DNA of 64,000 nt from Paraphysomonas bandaiensis (lineage: Eukaryota; Protista; Chrysophyceae): contig CBFFRP010000338.1 of the NCBI GenBank assembly GCA_965644295.1, positions 124,001 to 188,000 on the forward strand, in the 5' to 3' direction. Of the stretch, positions 38,101 through 50,734 are shown piece by piece (position 1 is the first letter of the stretch; every line of letters starts with the position of its first letter). Made by a program: the position numbers and the translations under genes. The notes beneath the pieces were generated by a model. It saw only the letters and a list, made by a program, of their open reading frames with translations, searched no databases and had not been told where the DNA came from.

Positions 38101-41083
38101 CCAAAAACGCACAAACCATAGGTATTTTAATGCAGAAGGCATTGCGCAGTTCCCAATCAAGCTCCCAATCCTGCAAAATATATGAAATGGAGATATACGT
38201 TGGCACCAAACTCACATACCTGGTGATTAACATAAGCTACAAGTTGAGCAAATAGGTCCATTATTCGTTCCTGTTTTCCAAATACTTGACATAAACGAAC
38301 CACATCTTCTAAAATAGCCCTCTTAACGATGGAACCATGCGAACTTGGCCGAGACTGATAACGGAAATCATTTCTGGAGTCGACGCCAATACCAGTCGTT
38401 CCATCTAGCACAAGATCCCGTATCCATTTATTCACTTGATCATGTATAGCTGCAACTTGTGCATCATACGATCCATCCACAAGAACCGCGGCAGGAGTCG
38501 CATCATTGCCATTTAAAGATGTGGTGCTAAATGAGTCAGAATCACTAGGTGGCATAGATTTGCTCTGATGAATAAAGCGCGACGCGTCCAAAAATCTCAT
38601 TGCCGTCTCTGCAAATCTACCGATAGATTCTGCGAAAGCAATTCTAACAATTGGTTCCGAATCTCTAGTGATGACATTGTTAAGAACAGGAAATATGAAC
38701 TCCTTAAAAATATTGGCCTCTACTTGGGAAATCTCTGATACAGAATTTAAAAGGCACCTGAGACACCGAATTGCTGTCGCGCGAACCATTGCAACCTGGT
38801 CTTCAAAACATATTGTCACGAACGGAACAATTCGTTCTAATATGATAACATCGCTGCATAGTGCTCCAAGTCGGGTAAGAAGCATCAGACTCGCAACTTT
38901 AGATTGTGGGTGCCGGAGGTGTCTAATGGAAGAACAAATTACCTGGACCACTAACAAGATACCGTCACTTATGTTCTCCGATGCTCTGTATATAACCATT
39001 ATATTCAGATAATGCAGAAACAAAATATTACCTTTTGAATTCCCTATTTCGGTTTTCTTGTTGAATTTTGCTGACATTTTCGGCATAAGGTGAAAGTGAT
39101 GTTGCTTGAAACTCTGATGCATGCTTCTCGTCCGAAGAAAAATCAACTGCGAATAACTTCGACCCATCACCATGCACATTAAATACACGCCGCGAGTAAG
39201 TCCCCTCGTCAGACACTTTCTGTAGCTCACTCTCTTTATTATCTAAGGCTTCGCCAGTACTGCCATCAGCATTAGCTTTCGATAAAACAACTCTTTTACA
39301 TCGTGCATCTTCCATAATAGTCTCAAAATCCTTTACAATATCTAGCAATTTTGACTCCGCAGTTCCGTCTCCCTTCTCCGATAGTTGAGGTACGTATGTA
39401 TCACAAGGATTTTCGGCTACTTTCCTCGAACCATCAGGTAAAACCGACGATTTTAATTCTTTTTCTTCGGAATTTCTTTTTCGCGCAGATTTTAAATCGA
39501 CGTGTGCCAAAGAAGGACCAATGTCACATGGGGAATTTGATTCACTAGACTTGCGACTATCCGTGGCATCCTGATGTTGTGATGTGCCTCTCTGACTACG
39601 TAATGAATGCAATATTGATCGAAATAACCTTTCGCCTTCCAAATCTCGGCACTCTGCAATATCTGCCACTATTGAGCTATAGTTCTATAAAAAGTATTAC
39701 GAGAAAAAGAGTTACTTCTCATTGCTACTTCCACCTGACAAAGGATACCAATGCGGTCATCAGGAGTCTTTCCTTCCCAATGTATCTGCACAAAAAGCTT
39801 GTAGAGTGTGGCCTCAAAGTATTTCGGGAATACTCCACACTCGTCTAATTTCGATCTATAGGCTGCGACATTCATCCTACGACCAGGACTATGCTGAGTC
39901 ATTTCTCCTATAACCTGTATTGAAAAAATAAATTAACATAATGCGATCATCTAGCTCTCCTGACCTCTTTCATTCTAGAATCCTTAATGCGACCAAGAGC
40001 AGAAACAGCTGGGCTCTCAGGATGAAGGAGAGAGGTCATAGGTGTGCTTGGCGAGAATGACGGATCTTCGCAGCAGGACTTATACTTTAGCATTGAGGGA
40101 AGGTCAAGCAGTGGTTTACCATCGAGGAGCACCTAATATAGAAACAATGAGCACTGTATGTATACCGGAAATATTTAACCTCTGCCATCGTACAACCAAG
40201 CGAAAACACATCCATAGCAGGAGATAAATACTTGTTACTGCCATTGTCTCGAGCAGAGTTAACAGCTTCTTCAGTGGTGGGTGCTGGAATGTCGGATATA
40301 TTAGATTCGGGATTTAAAATCAGATCCCCACTTTTATAAAAACGTTCTGGCGCCACGTAACACCGTCGTCGACCCATGGAATCAAAAAAATAGTGAAAAT
40401 CAGTGGGATCATCATCTGGAATTAATACGGGCTTGTATGGAGCAAAATCTGTCAACACGATCCAATTCCAAGAAGTAACCATAACGTTTTCAGGTTTGAT
40501 ATCTCCATGGACCATGCCCTCAGCATGGCATTCCTCCAGGGCCCTCATGAGTTGATATAATACCCAGAGTTTCTCAATATCAGTCAGAAACGGTCTCGTT
40601 GATAGTCTGTCATACAGATTTGATGTAAAAAACTGACGAACTAGAAATATTGGTGTCACAAGAGGCTTTGCTATCCTTGACGAAGATTTAATCCACATTT
40701 GATACGGAAGTAAGCTTGGATGACGCAAAGGTGAAAGTGCATTCCACATTGTCGTTAGAGTTGCCGCATAGTCGTCAATATTCTATATATACATAATCAT
40801 AAGAGCAGTATACACATATATATGAAACCCACTTCATCTGCTGGCTTTAAATAAACTTTCACAGCCACTGCTGTCCCATCAATCTTCATCAGATATGTCT
40901 TCAAAAATTTTCCATTACCAATTTTTTCATGATATATAAATTTTGGAAGATCACTCTAGTTATATATGTATATGTGTGAGACTGTGGATTACATGAGAAA
41001 CAACGCATAAGACATACCTGTAAGTATGTGCGGGGGTCAACAGAGACCTGTGAGCTCATATGCCTGTAATTAGCGTTCCCCAT
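35127..41083 (-). CDS. VPS15: Vps15 / PIK3R4 (pseudokinase, HEAT repeats, WD40)
   Basis: MGN N-terminus. Hallmark motifs NLYDRLSTRPFL, HGDIKPENV, LTDFAPYKP and RRRCYVAPERF. HEAT region and C-terminal WD40 repeats ending KLWR*. About 12 exons, all GT-AG. Confidence 0.95.
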
Positions 41084-41659
41084 ACTTGTAAATGTGATAT
41101 AAATATATCAATAGTTGAGTATAGAGGAATGGATATGAATGATATGTTAAACTATGCAGACAGCAGTACATGTATGTGCATATGGCATCCTCCCTACTAA
41201 TTATGGTCACCTACACACTGTATATATACAAAATACCACTTTATGTCGTAGTATTATTATTTCGCGACCATATATTGCAGGTTATTAGCATAAAAGTGCC
41301 GATTTTTAAGTAACAACCATAAAAACTCAAATGTGGGATTTTTTTTTGAAACTCAACATACAAGACGACACTCGTATGTACAAAGTGTAGCCATGTATTG
41401 TATAGAGCCACAGCTTTCAGTTTTCATAAAAACCATCAAAATACAGTTTTTTCTACAAAATATTGGATTTTATAATATTTTCAGTTTGAAACAAGTAAAG
41501 AGATACGAGTGTGATGTACGTAGGTGATATTGTGATAGTAAAATATCCGTCCAAATGATCTCGACTCTTCTTTAGAAAAACATCTGTATATTCCATACCA
41601 TCTTCTTCTGCCATATCTATTAGCCAGTCACTTAAATAAAGTCATTTCCTACTTGTAAT

Positions 41660-43302
41660 ATGATGCGATCTAGATCTTTTCTTATCAAAGCAGCCCAGCG
41701 TAGCACCCGATTTAACCACTGTGCTCTGTCGACTATGACAGGAGAAGAAATCGTACAGAGTTGTAAGGAATACACAATGTGGTCATGGTCTGCTCAACAG
41801 GTCTATATTATACATGCTTTATCTCATTAATCATATCTATGTATTCAGGCAGTTGATCCCATTGTAATGACTAAAGCAGAGGGGATTTATTTCTGGGATG
41901 ATAAAGGGAAAAGATACACAGACTTTAACTCGCAGTTAATGTGCACTAATATTGGCCACTCTCATCCAAAAGTTATTCAGGCTATTAAAGATCAGGCAGA
42001 TGAACTTAGTTATGCAGGCCCGGCTATGGCAACTCGCGTCAGAGCAGAGTTTGGCCCTCTTTTGGCTAAACACACTCCAGGTGACCTCAACAAATTCTTT
42101 TTCACACTTGGAGGCGCTGAGGCCAATGAGAACGCTCTTAAGTTTGCAAAGCTGCACACTGGGCGTAGCAAAGTAATTACTCGATATAAGGGATATCATG
42201 GTGGCTCCCACGGAGCCATGATGCTCACGGGTGACCCGAGGAGGTATTTACAGATGGTGTCGTGGGTGATATATTAACAACTGCGCAGGTGGCCCAATGA
42301 GAGAAACGGTATGTCCGGGATTGTTCGGGTGTTTGACCCCTACAAATATCGTTCTCTTCTTTACCGTGAAGGAATGCCTGATGAGGAATTCAGTGACCTC
42401 ATGGTTCGTCAACTTGAAGAGACTATTCTCTACGAGAACCCTGATGATATCGCTGCTATGTTTCTTGAGGTACGCTGAATTTGTCTAGAATTTACTGACA
42501 TTATAAATTGGACAGACGGTGACCGGAACCAATGGGCTTATTCCTCCCCCAGAGGGCTATCTCCAGGGGGTTCGCCGATTGCTTTCCAAGTACGGTATTA
42601 TGATGGTGTGTGATGAGGTCATGTGCGGAGTCGGAAGAACTGGGGAGTGGTTTGCCTGTGACCATTGGGATGTGGTACCAGATATTTTAACGATGGCAAA
42701 GGGGGTTACTAGTGCCCACACGCCCCTTGGTGTGGTCGCTATAAAGCCGGAAATTGCGGCTTCGTTTGACAAGAGACCCTTCTTTGGGGGGCTCACATAC
42801 ATGGGTCACCCCATGTGCTTGGCGGCAGGTGTGGCCTGCCTAAAGGTGTTGGAAGAGGAGAACATCGTTACGCGTGCGAAGGAGACGGGAGTCCACCTTC
42901 GAGCGCAGCTTGAACGCATGATGGACAGACATCCTAGTGTAGGCGATGTGCGAAGCATCGGTCTTTTCGGAGGTATGGATCTCGAAGTAACTTAATATCC
43001 GAGGTGACGTGTCGTAGGTATGGAGCTTGTAATGAATAGAAAGACAAAAGAACCCCTAGTGCCGTATGGTGGAGCACACCCAGCAATGCCACAAATGATA
43101 AAGTTCATGCGGGATAAGGGCGTCTTTATATTCGCTGCACAGAACATGCTCCTTACCAATCCCCCACTAATTATTACCAAGGTAATTCCATTTACGATTC
43201 TACTTACCAAAGTTTAACTTAATTTAGGAACAAATCGATGAAACGTTTGAAATTATTGACGAAGCACTTCTTATTGCTGATGCTGCCGCTGACAAGAATT
43301 AA
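41660..43302 (+). CDS. Class III PLP-dependent aminotransferase (omega-amino acid/taurine type) with mitochondrial-type presequence
   Basis: Motifs GGAEANE, YHGG, DEVMCGVGRTG and PDILTMAKG (PLP lysine). The N-terminus is Arg/Ser-rich and lacks acidic residues. Six exons. Confidence 0.92.
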
Positions 43303-44222
43303 TTGGAAAAAGAAAAGTTTTCTAAGCCACACTGACGGTTGATATATAAGGAACAGAGCTGGACGTTTATACATTTGTTTCATGGTTGATAGAATTTAGA
43401 GTGTATACGGGTAGTATTACGAGTTAAGTAAATTTTTCAACCATTACATTCGTTTTGCCAATTTACGAATGCATACTAGGAAGATATGTTTGTCGTAAAC
43501 ACTGGCACGATAAAAACTACCAAAGAAGGTTGTTGTGTAACAACCAGCTATCTGGCTATTCCAACATACGTTCTCATTTCTCATCTGAGTATGCTAATAT
43601 TTGTATAGCTTTTTGTTAAGAAACGACACAATTATGCCCGGTACTTCTTGAAGACAAGCTATAAGACAAGGTGTGGATGCTAGGGGGTGCTATTATGATC
43701 ACATTACACGAGACAGTCATACTGTTATCATTTGAAACAAGGCAGTAGGGATTAAGAAGGCAATAGTTGATTAGAGAATTTTACTGTTGTAGTTCAGTTA
43801 TGATGTTGTACATCCGATTATCTTACGAGAGTACTCGCAATTCCATTCACAACGAAAGCAGTCAAGTTACTAACTCCTAGCACATACACTCAAGCGCAGA
43901 TTAAAGAAAGTACGCTTCACGAGCTCTAAATACGTAAACAAAACGTCAAACTTCATGGATGCACTTTACCCATGCATTTTGTAGTAGATATACCCAGGCA
44001 ATCGCATGCCAGTATAGCTGTATAGTTCACTATTGAATAAAGCATGTGATACAAGTGATAAAGCAGTATGAACCACACGGCTATTGTATTTCTCCATATC
44101 TTCATTGAAACGAACCGTTGATGCACTTCCCGTATATGGTGACATCTTCTATGAACTGTTTCATTGTCGTATGAGGATCATTGAGAGGACGAAACGCGTC
44201 AAACATGCATCATATATATGTG

Positions 44223-44397
44223 CCTCTCCCAGTCCCGTCTGTCCCCGTTGCAACGGTGGAGGCTCCCGTGCACTCCATTCTCCCTGCTGCTGCTGTGTAA
44301 TCGATGTCTGCAACTGCTGAATCTCAGCAGCAATAGGAAGAATGGAGTGCACGGGAGCCTCCACCGTTGCAGCGGGGACAGACTGGACTGGTAGGGG
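44223..44397. ncRNA. Long fold-back (67-bp core stem, 29-nt loop); candidate hairpin RNA / pre-miRNA
   Basis: 44229-44295 is the reverse complement of 44325-44391 with 5 non-Watson-Crick positions. Transcription is not shown. Confidence 0.45.
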
Positions 44398-45006
44398 AGT
44401 CGAGCTCCTCCAGTAGTACCCTACTCGTCACGTCCAATGATGTACCACTGCTGAGCTCTCTGAGCGAGGAGGCAGTAGATGACTACATCGAAAAATCTCG
44501 CCAATACTCCCTCAAGAGTGGTGAGAGATCAGGGATAGTGCATACACTCACTGCACGTACTTGACAGCTCGACTGTGAGTGATCGCTTCAAATCTCTCCA
44601 GTAGGTGATATCAGATTACTTGGGAACTGACTGTGAATGTTCAGTACTTGAGATCCCCTTCAGACATGATATCTTATATCCCATCAGATGATGTAGTAGC
44701 TAACGCACAGCAGTTAGATATACATACACCACATAGAGCAGTACGGTATGCAGTGTACACAGCAGTATATATATATACAGCAGTATACATCCACCACAGA
44801 TAATACGGTGTAATACAGGTACTGTATTCCCACACGATACAACAGCAGTTGAATACGAGTACTGTACACTACAACATATGTACACATATATGTACATACG
44901 AACAACGATAACAATACGAATAGTACACATACATCACACTGTTGTGTACACACCGCATTATATTAACCGCTATATAACAAATTCATAAAAACACACCTCT
45001 CATTGA

Positions 45007-45503
45007 ATGAATTCTTTCCCACCTGTTTCTAAAAAAGGGTGCTCATCAGAGTTTGAAGTCACAGCAGAGAGTATTGCGGATCTCTTCTACGATGGGGCTA
45101 CAAACCCAACAGATGAATTAACGAAATTGCAAAACTTATTAGATAGCAGTTCCAACAGAAGCATTTTGAAGAGACTATATAGCCGTCGTCCAATGGATAG
45201 ATCTGGTTTGTAATCGCTGCTTACTACTTTCCTTGAGAATCCGATATGTATTTTGTAGCGTTTCGAGATTTCATGGAGAGAACGTGCGACGTCGATGGTG
45301 ATGCCCCAGATGAAGTTTTCAGTTGTGCAATAAATGCTTTCGCCGATGATGATGAAGATTTACCTGATAAGGTAATGACAAAATCAGAGTTCGTCACTGG
45401 AGTTGTACGCGTTGCGAACTTATGGGTTTTAATGAACGAAGGCATGGCAAATTCTTCAAACCTGACTTACCAAACGTCTATTTTTCTGAAATCTTTAAAG
45501 TAG
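45007..45503 (+). CDS. Small acidic protein of unknown function (possible degenerate EF-hand)
   Basis: Two ORFs joined by a plausible GT-AG intron near 45206-45258. DDEDLPDKVMTKSEFV resembles an EF-like loop. Confidence 0.5.
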
Positions 45504-47149
45504 AATGGTTGTTTAATATAAAACTGTCGAGGAAATACCGTGATGTGTATCATATCTTCAACTGCATTATGAAAAATAAATGCCTTGTGAACTCAGTACT
45601 AATTATGTTAGCTGCGTAGGTTCTGTTGAATAGGTTTATTGTGACGAATTGTTTGTGGCTTACTGCTTTTATAATTCGAATATTATTAACTGTGACATAT
45701 TATAGTTTTACTGATATTTATATCAGTTATTCACTGACAGTTTGGTTGATAGTACCTCAGAATCTCGTTTTAACGCCAAAATTTTAATTTAAGTGATATA
45801 CTTCGTTTATGCTTCCCTCCATCCTGGTTTAAATGTTTAAAGTAGCTGTCAAATAATAATGAGGCACAAGCAACTTTCAATTCATCTTAGTGTTTTCCTC
45901 TGGCCTCTCCCTATAAAGATGCACAACTCTTTTATTGTCATGGACTCTCATACTGTTGGCAATGATCGTAATAAATTTCTATAGAGTAATTTGATTAAAG
46001 TTCAATTGACAATAGTCGCAAAATTGTAGACTTAAAGTTGAAGACACTTAATGAAACAATCAACGTTTAACATGCGGATGGTTTTAGGTATTAGGTACCC
46101 CAAGAGAATATGTTGTACGTATGTGTGATTGTATAATGTATCTGGTTTATAACCTTCATCATATTGAATAATATACACCAACATTTACTGAGTAATTCAC
46201 GCATGAGTTATTAAGGTCAATACTGGAGTTTCCAAACGCTATTACGTCGAAATCTGCCACAAGAAACATATCTTATACTCATACATTTCTAAAGTGAAAC
46301 ACGCACTGGTAGACATTAGGTTTTACGTAGAATAATGAAATCGTATTATTTTTGTATTTGCTTTTGACTTCATTCTCTTGACCATTACGCTTCCATTTTC
46401 TCTGTATGTTGATCGAACTGGCTTTCCACATACACTATAAAGAGTCAAAGCTAGAGATACATACATGAACCCTCAACCTTGTTGGTTCAGTGTACATATT
46501 TTACACACTAATGAGTGCATTGCTGTATTGATATCGTCCACTATTGTTCCTTATTCGTGGCTCATATATAGGGGCTGTATTTCACCCAATGCAGTGCACA
46601 AGATCAAGGCCATTCGGTTCTACTGTTCGATCCCGATACGTCCCCTTGAGCAATAGAACGTCCACTCATTGCTCACTGCAGTAAAATGTTTCGGTACCAT
46701 ATATCCACTTGTACACTCTCCAGTCTCTACATTTCAATATGCATATGTAAATGGGACACAATCAGGATTTCATAGTAGATTTCTAGGAAATTTAAGATCT
46801 CTTCCAACTGTATTTCTCAGTACTTAATTCTTAAAATCAGGGATTTCTGAATTCTCATATTTAGATTTTGATCTACAAAAAACGGATGAAAATACATACT
46901 CTACGTTCACCTGCTGTACATATTCTGTACCTACATGTGCGTACTCCGTCATACAGCACAATAGTACCTCTATATACAATGTACACATCTATCAATCAAC
47001 TTGTCAGGTACATATACACTTTACACTTCCGGACTTCTCTCTATATGAAATCCAACTCACTTCACTGACATACATACGATACCTTCAACACACCACATAC
47101 ACATACATAACCACACCATAACCATATACACACTATACAATCAAATCAT

Positions 47150-48678
47150 ATGCGTAATCCTCCTCGTCGTGGCACAACCCCGGCTTGGAAACCTTTTGTT
47201 TTCTTCTTCGCCCTCATTACAATCCCTTGGGCCTTCTATGTCTCCTTTCAACCACCACCCACCACCACCACCACCACCAGCAGCACACAGACATCCCCCA
47301 CTTATCATACAGACACTCTTATAATCCCTAATAGACAACAACCAGTACTTGGACCATTACCAATCAATGGAACTAAACCAACATATGGGAAACATACAGG
47401 AGGAGATGCAATATTTGCATTAGCATGCAAGTATCCAGAGTCTTATTATCGCCGATTTGTTGGATCAGTTCGTAAATTTGGGTTTAAAGATGATATTGTA
47501 TTAGCTGTATCCCCACCGGATCAAATGAAACCTGGTGTAAAAGATTATGTTATTAAAACTGATGTTGTTGCCTATGCTTTTGAAGTCGACTGTGATGGGC
47601 CTGATAACTGCAAACTGAAAAAAGATTTTTTAGGGTCAGATTGTTAATTTGTATCTGTGAAAGCAATCGTAATACTGTTTTATAGGTATGAAGATCCTCG
47701 ACCTATGAGAACATTCGCCAATATTCGATACGCATTATACGGTATGCTTCGTTAGGTTGCAAAAAAGTTTGTTCTAACTTACTTCCCAAAGAGTATTGGT
47801 TACAGTATTACAACGACCAATCTTATATTCTTATTCTGGATTTCCGTGACACATTTTTCCAGGCGAGTCCTTTCGCGATGCTACCACCAATTCAGGAACG
47901 TACTCCCAAATACGAGCTAATGGTCTTCGCAGAAAATTGGAAGGTGATTTGAAGTGTTTGAACTTACGAGGGCGCGCGTTTATGGTTTTATGTAGGTTAA
48001 GACAATAGGCACCTGCAAATATAATTCCCTGTGGGTTGCTCGCTGTTTTGGTAAAGCTGCATTACCTCCGATCAAGGACCAGGCGGTGATTTGCTCCGGG
48101 TCGACAATGGGCTCTTACCGGGCCATCAATTACTATGTCCGGACTATGCTTCACTCAATGGACACGGTCAGTGCTATTTTATCATACAGCTTGCTACACA
48201 TGTTAATATGTGTACATACAAGTATGCGTTTACTATTGTGGCAGCACTGACGTTCGATGTTTGGTTGTGTAGGTCCAATGCTGGAAGAAAGGTATCGAAT
48301 CTGACCAAGGTTATCAGAACTACCTCTTCTACAATGGTCATTTCAATACCCCTGAGGGAAATGCAACTCTCTTCTACCAGGTGGGATTGTGTGCTATGTA
48401 TTTACTGTCTGACTCTACGCAGGGCACAGGGCCTGTGAATACAATTGGTGCAATGAACGGTTTCAGGTGATATCCTGCTAATTTTTGTGTGTATTGTGAT
48501 GTAACGGTTCAGAGTGCCGAAGCATATGAAAGGGCCGTTAGATACGTTTTGGAAGATTCGTGACTCTGAGGGATTCATTCTCAATAATGATGGAACGAGG
48601 AGTGCCTGTGTGCACCAATGGGATAGATTCTACAACGAAATTGCTCGCTGGCTTGATAATGTTGTGAAAGATGCTTAA
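47150..48678 (+). CDS. Type II membrane glycosyltransferase-like protein
   Basis: N-terminal TM helix followed by a Pro/Thr stem. Motifs LDFRDTFFQ.SPF, ICSGSTMG, SDQGYQNYL and VHQWDR. About seven exons. Confidence 0.75.
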
Positions 48679-49166
48679 GAATTTGTGGACACTGACGCAG
48701 AGAGTTAAACCGTGGCTTTGGTTTGACTTTTGATTCATGCAGTTCTATCAGTACGAAATAGATTTACAAAGTGTGGCATTGTTTGTTTATGTAAAGCACA
48801 ACTCGACAATTAAGTCCCACTAGTGTTTCTAGAATGAATATGAGGTTGGTAACACTGAGCACTATACGACATGTCATTAGGATATTATATTTTAATTAAT
48901 TGTAAAGTTATTCTTCTAAACGTTCTGTGCTATTACACACCTCATGCGTAGTGGTTCGACGCTATAGTTATGTACTTTCACTTTAAATTCAACAAGCAAC
49001 AAGCAGTCTTCGTATCATTTTCCATTGCAATCAGTGATCGCTTTTAAGTCCTCCCATTCCATTTTCACTATACTACTACTGGCTTAGTATTAGTATACCA
49101 ACAAGTACAAGAAGGTATCTACTATATGCAACATCACGTAATTGAGACTGATACCATGGTTGACAT

Positions 49167-50120
49167 CAGTCTTGCGTAACAATTAATAGAGGCAATTAAT
49201 TGGTGACAGATGTCCAACAATAATAATTGAAATTATTACAGTAATCAAGCATCCAATTAATTGCCTTCAATTCTATATTGAATGTCTTTTTATTTAGAAA
49301 TAGGCGTTAAAAACTCGTTCCGATATAGTGGCTAGTTGAATGCTAGATCTACTAGTTAGACCTCTACCCATAACTAATCAGCACAAATTCTATTATCCTA
49401 CTATTTAACGCTACAGAAGCTGCTTGTGCGTCGCCGCAAGCACCAAGGTGCAACCACTTCCGTTTCAATTCTATAGCTAGATTTTAGAATAACCTTCTGA
49501 GCCATATAATCTCATCCCAAAGATGCCGATTTGCGCGCAGAAAAATCAACATTTTAAGGTGTCTAGGTGTCATTCGCTTGCGAAAATCAGTCATAACAAT
49601 CTTAGCTCTGCTAAACAACCTCTCACAAACATTGGTAGTGCTATACAAATGCTTCATGCAACGATATCGTGTTGAAAGTTTGATGCGTGCTTTTTTGCGT
49701 TTTCGGCTATAACAACGTCATTTACACTACTATACATGAATATTTCGAAGCAGTTGAATATCTGCAATCACTTTTTATATGCTATGTATCTAGACGATCG
49801 TTGTTGAGGTGCTCAGTTCTTGTTCTTTGCCAACGATACTTAACATGCTATATTACTCTCCTACATGCCGAGGTTAGAGTGTATAGTAACTCTTATATTG
49901 ACTGTCACACACAATTACAATTAATAAAATGATAACATGACTGTGTGCACATACATCCAAACTTCTGATAATGGGTTTGTATCTATGATCAGTAGCTATA
50001 CATCTTAAGATTCTATATATAATTTAGCCAGCCAATTAATTGCAATTAATTGGCAACAATTACCAATAATAATAATTGAAATTATCACTATTAAAACCAA
50101 TTAATTGTTACACAAGCCTG
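49167..50120. mobile_element. hAT-type MITE (954 bp) with a nested family X arm
   Basis: 21-bp TIR CAG(T/G)CTTG(C/T)GTAACAATTAAT. 8-bp TSD GTTGACAT (49159-49166) / GTTGACGT (50121-50128). Subterminal CAATTAATTG repeats. Confidence 0.85.
49275..49462 (-). repeat. Dispersed repeat family X arm nested in the hAT MITE
   Basis: Reverse complement of 4362-4540. Confidence 0.85.
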
Positions 50121-50734
50121 GTTGACGTTGAGGATATCTTATCTTCCTTTTCCATGTGCACGGGCGATAGTGGATAGGAAACAGCACTCAACACCCAACA
50201 CTTCAGTTAAGTATACTTAGTACTCCTGAAAATCTCTCTCTACTACATCGAGAAATCCGTATAGCTATTTTCTATCTTCCCATATAGTATACAGCTAATT
50301 TTCTAGAATCAGTTTCCCAACAATATATCAATAGTTTTTCACTTCCAGAAATACTATATAGAAACTAGTAACTTCCTACTGCCTACTTTTATGTCATTCT
50401 AAAATAATAAACCTAATTGTACTACGAACCATAATATATCCGATACGTCTGTATGTACGAATAGTCCGGGTACATTCCAACCCTATATCCGGTCTTATTA
50501 CTCATTATCATGAATTAATAATTTTATTATATGCGATGATACAATGGTGGGTATCTGAAATATTTTTCGTGAAATATGTGAAGGACTTATTCTGCGATAA
50601 AATCATCACAACAATAGCATTCCAGATCCCTTGAACCATTGCGGTAAATTTGTCATATATCATGTACTGTGATTGTGCTATTTCGCACAAGCTGTGGGCT
50701 GTCGCACAGCAAAGTGAGAGAAGTTTATACTCTC

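Noticed and set aside
35127-41083. Non-canonical splice sites or introner-type repeated introns
   Set aside because: All introns traced in VPS15, calpain, TOM40 and Ub-eS30 are GT-AG and share no evident sequence similarity.
44700-44960. Cys/Tyr/Val-rich minus-strand ORFs
   Set aside because: These are translations of low-complexity CA/TA-rich upstream DNA. The same applies to most short antisense ORFs overlapping real genes.
46571-46645. tRNA-like 75-mer (GGGGCTGTA...GTTCGATCC...CCCC)
   Set aside because: The T-stem does not pair, and there is no D-loop GG or anticodon arm. At most a heavily decayed relic.
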